The translations under genes were made by a program, and so were the position numbers. From positions 2,592,001 to 2,656,000 of the forward strand of contig CAXXUK010000001.1 in NCBI GenBank assembly GCA_963665125.2: a stretch of DNA of 64,000 bases, written 5' to 3'. The stretch comes from an uncultured Desulfarculus sp. (GTDB lineage Bacteria > Desulfobacterota > Desulfarculia > Desulfarculales > Desulfarculaceae). The notes under the pieces were generated by a model. The model made no database searches. It saw nothing but the letters and a program-made list of their open reading frames with translations, and was not told the DNA's origin. Each line of letters begins with the position of its first letter. The first letter of the stretch is position 1. This document shows, piece by piece, positions 57,301 through 64,000 of the stretch.

Positions 57301-57423
57301 GAGTTGAAACGCCGCTGCGAACTGGGCCTGCGGGTCAAGCTGAGCCGGGGCGCGGGCCTGCGCCTGGCCGGTGTCGAGGTCATCTCCCTGGACCGGGCTG
57401 AATCATCCGCCGCGCCGCAGTAG
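54319..57423 (+). CDS. Large polytopic GT-C-like (YfhO-like) membrane protein with duplicated C-terminal beta-sandwich domains
   Basis: GDHLQFYY, LAYN, FKYPRVPGR, MVNGYAPYVP; two HGP...PGxYxAxF repeats; TTGA overlap. Confidence 0.7.
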   Translation: MTSQEPPKTSWKAVLALVLLFIVLGLAHTWPVGSRINQAIPYGYSVVPGYECTPMMPGDHLQFYYWCWLAGDNLLGPSGFPGNPYEFNTDVTPNGLAVYANFPWSLIFVALEPLGPALAYNIMVLLTYVLVGLFTFLWVSKVLGNWLAALPAALLMTLMPFRAAQALSGHIYGFVIFLLPLTLWSLECGWRARPKRAELWGLLAGLALLAASVMESHLIYYSCLLLGLYVPLRMLQDANTDEDPGQWSRIWAVVPLLAGFALGLTVHLSMIRGGGGELMSVQFGQTLAIYVLTTAGVWLLLTQLAAALTSLGRSAAASALAKGFAPLVFSPLYAVQFFFDVPHLGSGLLAVLALTGAALALPPLWRARRMPALRAGWWRPLWPLVLCLCLAVAYLMRMKSTLMAGSIVDKGRSVMEVLLFSPRPADLFHTQGVHSEKMIYMGVVFMALALIGVVWLVLRRRSGGQATARAALGAGLGLLALLLALGPTVEELPLYGLLYKYMPFFKYPRVPGRLIMVAAPLLGLAAGWALMRLIGLLRTGPRARVATGIAVCALLALSVWPAQAPGLCPLTPPGKVEAAIIKDMPTGPGAAKRLLGLPIWPGDSHQSSMYEMLITRTRAVMVNGYAPYVPRVYLEKVFEPLYPLDFGFITPQARQAMERLDVGGVVFYDDDQVYTRKVSPYPPALARRRLEASGLLRLQAQQGSAFFYGLTDAAKPNGTNDLVSPVVALWEANWLRHDTGAPVDDPNASGWGLLFHEADDPLGPLGPRQAWAKGNVIAAREGRDKPGFLSHGPHKMFPPGNYVARFRLRRGPGPEPGRVEITTNGGETVLAGRDISARVLPPDGRWHDVAVEFSLDGLASIETRTWYNGGADLALDVVLVGFAGAEPWTGVYPAWRLWRQTGGLVADDKAPGGWAVEAEAGWTPPLYLMHGPQQTYDPGRYQAEFIIAAGDAPGPGGPACLLAVATDLGRRVLGSRLVDSAELGGDYKRFAVEFELKRRCELGLRVKLSRGAGLRLAGVEVISLDRAESSAAPQ

Positions 57424-58938
57424 CTCCACGGCCTTTTGACGGACCACCCGGCGCTCCACCGCATCCAGGGCCAGCAACCAGGCCAGGGCGGCGAAGACGG
57501 CCACCACCACCGTTGCCGCCAGCAAAACATCCAACCAGGACGCCACGGCCCAAGGCCTGAAAATCAGCCACAGCGCACCGTAGCTGGCCGCGGCGGCCGC
57601 GATGGGCCGGGCCAGCCCTCCGATGACAAAACGGCGTACGGACAGGCCGCACTGGCGGCAGGCGTACACCGGCAACCACCACACCCGCAACACGATCATG
57701 CCCGCGCCCACCGCCGCGGCGGCTCCCGGCGCGCCGTAGCGGGGAATCAGGGCCACACAAAGGCCGACGATGAGGATTGATTCGGCTATGGACATGACGC
57801 CCGCCGCCCTGTGCCGCCGGATGCCCAGCAGCAGCACCAGACAAGGATAGAGCATCAGGCTGAGGGTCACCGGCACGATCATAAGCCGCACCACCAAGGC
57901 CGAAATTTCAAACCCAGGCCCCACCCACAAGCGGATAAACGGCGCACAAAGAAACCACAGGCCCAAACCCACGCAACAGGCTGCCAGACCGCACCACAGG
58001 GTGGAACGCACCAGGATGTTGTGCACGTCCTCATGTCCGCCCGTGGAATGAAGGGAAGCGAAACGTGGCTGGGCCACGTTGGCCGCCGACTGCACCATGA
58101 TCATGTCATTGTTCACCAGCCGCGAAGCGATGCCGAATTCGGTGACATCCCTGGCGTTGGCCAGAGCGCCGGTCATCAGCACCGGTCCCTGCTGCACCAG
58201 GCGGATGGCTATTCCAATGGCGATGCTGTCGCGCCCGAATACCAAAAGGCTGCGGGCCGTGGATTTTTCCAGGGAAAACCCGGGCCGTATCGTGCTGGGG
58301 CAATACCGAAAAACAAACCAGATCGTAACCAGATAACCGGCCAAGACAACTACCGAATGGGCCAGGCCCAGGCCCACCAGGCTGCCGGTCTGCATCACGA
58401 CCCACACAACCGCACCAAAGCGGACCAATGAGCGGGCCGAATCAAGGTAGTTGACGATATCAATGCGTTCCACGGCGTAGAGCAGGCCTTCATAGGCCCT
58501 GACCGGAAAGCCCGCGGCCACAACCACGCCCAGCATTATGATCAGCCAGCGCGCGTTTTGTTCCTGGCCCTGGGGAATGGCGAAAAAGTTCTCCGCCCAA
58601 ACACCCAAAAGTACGAAAGCGGCAATAACGATGGAGGCGATGATCAAATATAGGCAAAGGGCCGAAGAAGAAACCTTTTTTGCCTCGGCAAGCTCGCCCC
58701 TGGCCAACTTGGCAGCCACATGGCTGATCACGGCCGGAGAAAGACCAACATCAAAAAACGAGAATAATCCCGTTAGGTTGGAAGCTATGAGCCAGACGCC
58801 GTACACTTCCGCGCCCAGTTCGTTGATCAACATGGGGGTCAGAACCAGGGCGATAAGCTGGCTCACCAGAAGCGCCACCCAACTGGAAGAGGCGTTTCGG
58901 ATAAGTCCGCCCGGTCTGTTTTTTTCCCTGTTTTTCAC
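57403..58938 (-). CDS. Oligosaccharide flippase (Wzx/MOP family)
   Basis: LTPMLINELGAEVYGVW, DVGL, LIPRYGAPGAAAA; ~14 TM. Confidence 0.88.
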   Translation of the reverse strand: MKNREKNRPGGLIRNASSSWVALLVSQLIALVLTPMLINELGAEVYGVWLIASNLTGLFSFFDVGLSPAVISHVAAKLARGELAEAKKVSSSALCLYLIIASIVIAAFVLLGVWAENFFAIPQGQEQNARWLIIMLGVVVAAGFPVRAYEGLLYAVERIDIVNYLDSARSLVRFGAVVWVVMQTGSLVGLGLAHSVVVLAGYLVTIWFVFRYCPSTIRPGFSLEKSTARSLLVFGRDSIAIGIAIRLVQQGPVLMTGALANARDVTEFGIASRLVNNDMIMVQSAANVAQPRFASLHSTGGHEDVHNILVRSTLWCGLAACCVGLGLWFLCAPFIRLWVGPGFEISALVVRLMIVPVTLSLMLYPCLVLLLGIRRHRAAGVMSIAESILIVGLCVALIPRYGAPGAAAAVGAGMIVLRVWWLPVYACRQCGLSVRRFVIGGLARPIAAAAASYGALWLIFRPWAVASWLDVLLAATVVVAVFAALAWLLALDAVERRVVRQKAVELLRRGG

Positions 58939-59035
58939 TGTAAATCTAGCCTTTTATAAACAATAAACTGTTGCATAATATATTGTTTTATTGCATCCTT
59001 TGAAAGGGAAAAAGTCTGTAGCCTGGAGAAGTTAG

Positions 59036-59656
59036 ATGCAAAAGCGCCACATTTTCGAAACCGGCTTAACTTTATTCACAATAGTGACAATATTTTTATG
59101 CGGCGCGGCAGCGGCCGAGGAACCGGCCATGGTTTTTCAAAAAGACCGCCGACTCATACCTTACATGGAAAAAGAATACATCATCGGCCCGGGTGATCAG
59201 TTGGAGATTATGGTCTGGCGGGAGGAAGCCCTGTCGCGGCCGGACCTGCTGGTTTTGCCCGACGGCACCCTTGCCATGCCCCTGATCGACAACGTGCCCG
59301 CCGGCGGAAAAACAATCATTGAGTTGAAGGAATATATCCAGACAGCCCTGGAAAAATTTGTCGATGCGCCACGCGTGTACATCAACGTCAAAAGGCCTGA
59401 AAGCCACGCGTTCAACATCCTGGGCAATGTCACCGATCCGGGCCGGTATCCCATGGTGTCGCCGACAACGGTCATGCAGGGCATTGCCATCGCAAAAGGA
59501 TTCAACGAATGGGCCAGTAAGGACGATACGGTAGTAATCAGGGGATACGGCGATGATCAGCGGATCCTGCCCTTTAGATATTCAGAAGTCATAGACGGCG
59601 AAAAGGTTGATCAAAACATTATCCTGCAGCCGGGAGACACAATCGTTGTGCCATAG
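59036..59656 (+). CDS. Polysaccharide biosynthesis/export protein (short Wza/OPX)
   Basis: YIIGPGDQLEIMVW, PDGTLAMPLI, GNVTDPGRY, LQPGDTIVVP. Confidence 0.92.
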   Translation: MQKRHIFETGLTLFTIVTIFLCGAAAAEEPAMVFQKDRRLIPYMEKEYIIGPGDQLEIMVWREEALSRPDLLVLPDGTLAMPLIDNVPAGGKTIIELKEYIQTALEKFVDAPRVYINVKRPESHAFNILGNVTDPGRYPMVSPTTVMQGIAIAKGFNEWASKDDTVVIRGYGDDQRILPFRYSEVIDGEKVDQNIILQPGDTIVVP

Positions 59657-59682
59657 CGGCACGATTATACGAGGACCCATAC

Positions 59683-61023
59683 TTGAAGTCGATTTTTAAA
59701 TACGGCCGCACCGCCAAGCTGTTCGTATTGGCGGCGTCGGCCCTTGCATTGCTGGCGATGCCGGCGGCAGGTCCGGTCGTGGCCGCCATCATAACCCCAG
59801 GTGTGACCACCGGAGTGGGTTATGACGACAACGTACGCCTGCGCAAGACCCCCCAGAGCGACTTCTTCGCCTTTATCACTCCGCGGCTGGACATTACGGC
59901 GGGCCCGCCGGACAACGAATTGCAGGCCAACTTCGGCCTGAGCTACAGCCACTATCTTAAGCTGACCGAATACACACGCATTGAAAGCGGCTACGCCAGG
60001 TTGCAGTATCACCATGAATTTTCCAAGGTCACCTGGTTCGAGGTCTTCGATAACTATTCCACAACCTATGACCCTGTCGAGGTCACAGACACCGGCGGCC
60101 TGATCAGGGTTACCGATACCGAAATACGCCGTACCATCAACACGATCGGCACGAGGTTTCAGCACAACTACGACCCGTTCAGCCACATAATGGGAGAATA
60201 TTTTTTTCTGTACCGCAACGGCAGCGGAGATACCGACAACGAGGTCTATGCCAACCAGGTCCAATTGGGCTGGCTCCACGCCCTGAACCCGCAGCATCAC
60301 CTGGGGCTGGTGTTCACCGGCCGGCATGACGACTGGGAAACATCGCCCAATATCACAGAGGAAAAAGCTGACGCCACCTACTACTGGCTGCCTGACCGCA
60401 GAAAAACCTTTTACGCCACCGTCGGCGGAAAAATCGTCAGGGCCGATGACGACAACGCGGCTGTGCGCACGGCCAGGGATTACGACATTATCACCGCCGG
60501 GCTGGGCTATTCCCACCGCTACAGCCCCAGGCTCGAGTGGAACATTGGAGCCGGATGGTCCCACGTTGAAGGCGACGCAGCCACCAATGCCGCGGCCGGA
60601 TCGGGGTTCCCGGTCTTCAACGCCAGCATTACCTACCGGGGCCAGGTGTGGGAAATCGAAGGCCACGCCAAGGCGACCCTGGATGAATATGATTTCGTCG
60701 GCGACAACACCGGCCTTACCCGGACCCAGTCAGTGGGCGGTTACTGGCGGTGGTACATGGCGCGGCACTGGACTTTCTTGCTTTACGCGGACTATATAAG
60801 GGATGATTATCAACAGGACCCCACGACTTCCGGCACTGACTATACTCAGGGAGTTATCGACACCACCCGTTTTGGCACCCGAGTGGATTGGCGGATAGTC
60901 AAAGACGCCACCATCAGCCTTGACTACCGTTTTTTAGACCGCAATGCGGAAAACGACAAGGACGACAGACAACAGAACCGGATTTTATTGTATCTTGATT
61001 ATAGGTGGCCCAACCGCTGGTAA
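59683..61023 (+). CDS. Outer-membrane beta-barrel partner of OPX (polysaccharide export)
   Basis: Signal peptide, GYDDNV motif, alternating aromatic beta-strands, terminal W; lies between wza- and wzc-like genes. Confidence 0.8.
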   Translation: MKSIFKYGRTAKLFVLAASALALLAMPAAGPVVAAIITPGVTTGVGYDDNVRLRKTPQSDFFAFITPRLDITAGPPDNELQANFGLSYSHYLKLTEYTRIESGYARLQYHHEFSKVTWFEVFDNYSTTYDPVEVTDTGGLIRVTDTEIRRTINTIGTRFQHNYDPFSHIMGEYFFLYRNGSGDTDNEVYANQVQLGWLHALNPQHHLGLVFTGRHDDWETSPNITEEKADATYYWLPDRRKTFYATVGGKIVRADDDNAAVRTARDYDIITAGLGYSHRYSPRLEWNIGAGWSHVEGDAATNAAAGSGFPVFNASITYRGQVWEIEGHAKATLDEYDFVGDNTGLTRTQSVGGYWRWYMARHWTFLLYADYIRDDYQQDPTTSGTDYTQGVIDTTRFGTRVDWRIVKDATISLDYRFLDRNAENDKDDRQQNRILLYLDYRWPNRW

Positions 61024-61029
61024 CGGTGT

Positions 61030-62670
61030 ATGCAGCAATCAACCATTGACATATCCAAATACCTAGCCATTATCAAACGAAGGTGGGTTCTGGCCACCTC
61101 CACGTTTCTGTCCGTATTGGCCGTGGGGGTGATTTATTGCCTTTTCTGGCCCCCAATCTACCAGGCCACCTGTCTGGTCGTGGTCCAGCCCCAAAAGGTG
61201 CCGGGCGATATCATTCGCACCACGGTGACCTCCAAGATCGCCGACCGTTTGCAGATAATCACCCAACAGGTGCTAAGCCGCACCAGGTTGACTGAGATTA
61301 TAGACAGGTTCGAGCTCTACCCGGCTGTCCGGGGCAAGGCCACTCCGGAAGACCTTGCCGAAAAAATGCGCAAGGACATAACCATCAAAATTACCCGCGA
61401 TAACTACTTCACCATCACCTTTGTATACAAAGACCCCAAACTCTGCGCCGCGGTCACCAACGCCCTGGCCGCCTTTTACGTGGACAGCAACCTGCGCATC
61501 CGCGAGGAAGATGCTGTTGGCACCGCCCGTTTTCTGACCAGAGAGATGGAGCGGATGCGCGGCCAACTGCGGGAATGGGAAAGCCGTACAACTTCATTCA
61601 AACTATCCCACCTGCGCGAGTTGCCCGAATCACGAAATGAAAACATCAACCTGCTCAACCAGTACAACATCAAACTGGACAACTACATATCCGCCATCCA
61701 AAAGGAACGCCTTAGGCTGCAATCAATGGAAATGCAGCTGGGCACCGAACAATACCGCTTTGAAAACCTTAAGATGCAACGGGCGGAACTGCGGCGCAGG
61801 GGAGCCTCGGCAGGCGCGGGACAGGAGGATGTCGAAACCGATCCCGAAGCCCTCAAGCAGAAGATTGAGCAGCTCAAGGTGGCCTACACCGATGACCACC
61901 CTGATGTGCAAAGGGCCAAACGGCAGTTGGCCAGGGCCGAGGAATTGGCCCGCATCAAGCTCCAGAGGGCCCGGGAAGAGGCCATCAAAAAGGGGCTGAA
62001 CCCCGACGAGGCCGAAGCCGACGCCACGGACCTACAATTAGCCGCGGCAAAACAGAGTCTCGAGCGCATCAGTAAAAACATCAAGCAAACCCAGGAGAAC
62101 ATCAAGGGCTACGAAAGGGACCGTGCTGCCTATCAGGCGGAGGTGGACAAACTCAACGCTTATGTCAACAACGCGCCCAACGTGGCCGAGCAGCTTACGG
62201 AATTGACCCGCGGCTACGAGGAACTAAACACGGCCTACCAGAAAATGCATGCCAAATGGCTGGAGGCCAACATGTCGGCCAACCTCGAACGGACCCAGCG
62301 CGGCGAGCAGTTCGAGGTCGTGGACCCGGCCGAAGTGCCGGACCAGCCCTATCAGCCCAACGTGAAACGGGTGGTGCCCTTTTCCCTGGGCCTGGCCATG
62401 GCCCTTGGTCTTGGCCTGACCTTTGGCCTGGCGTACCTTGACACATCCTTTACATCCATAGAGCAGACCGAAGAGGCCACTGCCCTGCCGGTGCTGGTAG
62501 TCATCCCTCCCTTGGAGACATTCAAGGAAGTTGAACGCAAGAAGAAAAAATTCGCCTTGTTAACGGCTGTTTTTGGCATCTTGTTCATGTTTTTATTGGG
62601 GCTGGTTGCCATCCTGGCCACGGGAAGAGGCCCGGCCCTGAAAAAGCTGATCATGAGCCTGGTGAGCTAA
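61030..62670 (+). CDS. Polysaccharide co-polymerase / chain-length determinant (Wzc/GumC-like, no fused kinase)
   Basis: PIYQATCLVVV, VLSRTRL, YTDDHPDV, FEVVDPAEVP, YLDTSF. Confidence 0.9.
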   Translation: MQQSTIDISKYLAIIKRRWVLATSTFLSVLAVGVIYCLFWPPIYQATCLVVVQPQKVPGDIIRTTVTSKIADRLQIITQQVLSRTRLTEIIDRFELYPAVRGKATPEDLAEKMRKDITIKITRDNYFTITFVYKDPKLCAAVTNALAAFYVDSNLRIREEDAVGTARFLTREMERMRGQLREWESRTTSFKLSHLRELPESRNENINLLNQYNIKLDNYISAIQKERLRLQSMEMQLGTEQYRFENLKMQRAELRRRGASAGAGQEDVETDPEALKQKIEQLKVAYTDDHPDVQRAKRQLARAEELARIKLQRAREEAIKKGLNPDEAEADATDLQLAAAKQSLERISKNIKQTQENIKGYERDRAAYQAEVDKLNAYVNNAPNVAEQLTELTRGYEELNTAYQKMHAKWLEANMSANLERTQRGEQFEVVDPAEVPDQPYQPNVKRVVPFSLGLAMALGLGLTFGLAYLDTSFTSIEQTEEATALPVLVVIPPLETFKEVERKKKKFALLTAVFGILFMFLLGLVAILATGRGPALKKLIMSLVS

Positions 62671-62674
62671 GCGC

Positions 62675-64000
62675 ATGTACAACGAATTTTTCGGGCTTTC
62701 GGAAAAACCTTTTGCCCTGGAACCCAACGCCCGTTTTATCGTTTTAACCGAAGACCATCGGGAGGCTTTGGCCACCCTGGTTTATGCCGTCGAACAACAA
62801 GAGGGATGGGCCGCGCTTGTCGGCGCTCCCGGCGTGGGCAAAACCACACTGATAATCGCCTTGTTGCAGGAGCTAAGCGACAGAGTTATACCCGCGGTGA
62901 TCACCAACCCGCGCCTTGAGCCGTTGGATTTCATGAACATGATTGCCCTTGAGTTGGGGCTCAAGGGGCCTTTTACTTCCAAGGGGCACTTCCTGGTGGC
63001 CTTCAAACAGCTTGTCCAGCAGTGCCGGGCGGCGGGCAAGCTTCTTTTATTGGTGGTCGATGAAGCCCAGGCCATGTCCTTCGATATGCTCGAGGAAATG
63101 AGGCTGTTGAGCAATATTGACGACGGGTCGCCCAAGGTTCTCAACTTCCTGTTGGCCGGTCAGATGGAGTTTCTCTCGGTCCTGGGCCGCGATGAAGCGG
63201 CGGCAGTGCGCCAGAGATTGCGCCATTTTTACACGCTTCGTCCCCTGGGCATCGAAGAAACGCGCACCTACATCCGCCACCGCCTGCGGGTGGCCCAGGG
63301 TAATCCCGATCTATTCACCGACCGGGCATCCTTGCTGGTTTACCAACTGACAAACGGCATCCCCCGGGTCATCAACACCGTCTGTGACGAGGCCCTGATC
63401 GTGGCTTTCACCAGAGGACGCACCAAGGTCGACCTGGACGAAGTCAAGGAAGCCGCCCGCGACCTTCCCATGCTGCGTTTGGCCAAACAGCAGGCCCAAC
63501 CGGCAAACGGGCAGCCGGCCACGGCCCCGCAACCAGCGCCGCCCCCGGCACAACCAGCCCCTCAGCCAGTCTCCCGACCGGACACGGAACCGGCGGCCAA
63601 GCCTGCTCAACCGGCAACGGTGGAACCGGTGGCAGACAGCCGCGCCGCGCGCTCGTTGGAGCCGACAACCGTTGATCCGGCCATTGTAGTGGAGCCACCC
63701 GCACCCAAGGCGCCAACGGCTGCCCCGCCGGAGCAGCCGGCCAGAAGCGAGAAGAGACCGCCAATCGACCAACCGGAGGTCAACCCCGCGGCCGAAAGAC
63801 CAATCCGCCCGTCCGCGACGCCCCGGCGCGGCAAGAAAAAAATTAGAAGTAAATCCAAGGACAAGGGCCGCAACCAGCCCACCAAGGACCAGGGTCTCAA
63901 AAAACCCAGCATCTTCGCGCGCTTTTTCGGCAGCATGGGCAAAGGCGTCAGCGGAGGCTTCACCCGGCGGCTTATCCTGCTGCTTCTCCTGTTGGCCCTG
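62675..64000 (+). CDS. ExeA/GspA-like AAA ATPase with Pro-rich linker, 3'-truncated by window edge (absent from ORF track)
   Basis: MYNEFFGLSEKPFALEP, GAPGVGKTT, VVDEAQ, GIPRVINTVCD; TM segment starts at the edge. Confidence 0.9.
   Translation, partial: MYNEFFGLSEKPFALEPNARFIVLTEDHREALATLVYAVEQQEGWAALVGAPGVGKTTLIIALLQELSDRVIPAVITNPRLEPLDFMNMIALELGLKGPFTSKGHFLVAFKQLVQQCRAAGKLLLLVVDEAQAMSFDMLEEMRLLSNIDDGSPKVLNFLLAGQMEFLSVLGRDEAAAVRQRLRHFYTLRPLGIEETRTYIRHRLRVAQGNPDLFTDRASLLVYQLTNGIPRVINTVCDEALIVAFTRGRTKVDLDEVKEAARDLPMLRLAKQQAQPANGQPATAPQPAPPPAQPAPQPVSRPDTEPAAKPAQPATVEPVADSRAARSLEPTTVDPAIVVEPPAPKAPTAAPPEQPARSEKRPPIDQPEVNPAAERPIRPSATPRRGKKKIRSKSKDKGRNQPTKDQGLKKPSIFARFFGSMGKGVSGGFTRRLILLLLLLAL

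Overview
GC-rich chromosomal window, most likely from an anaerobic deltaproteobacterium (Desulfobacterota-like; inferred from gene content only). Nt 1-41,800 are mostly metabolic and regulatory: a pabB-pabC fusion (partial), acs, an NCS2 permease, a DASS transporter/CBS/PEP-utilising dikinase-like/hexapeptide operon, a single-domain glutamate synthase next to a KaiC-like-XRE-cupin regulator, class III RNR (nrdD-nrdH-like-nrdG) with tandem NrdR boxes, pfk, an Fe-ADH, pyrE, glyA, two FmdE proteins and two diguanylate cyclases. Nt 41,800-64,000 form a surface-glycan cluster (AsnB, GT-C proteins, flippases, Wzx, Wza, beta-barrel, Wzc-like protein, ExeA-like ATPase running off the edge). No rRNA, tRNA, CRISPR array, transposase or integrase was seen. 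The most notable items missed by the ORF track are: (1) an AhpD-like CxxU selenoprotein split at an in-frame UGA followed by a SECIS-like hairpin (6569-7093, minus); (2) a candidate sigma54-dependent ~70-nt CU-rich sRNA with enhancer-like palindromes and its own terminator downstream of glyA; (3) REP/REPIN-like palindrome mosaics whose unrelated stems share a GCC-N3-GGC cap; (4) a degenerate MBL + degenerate HNH + intact HNH trio after nrdG. All functional calls come from motif recognition by eye; no database searches were run.
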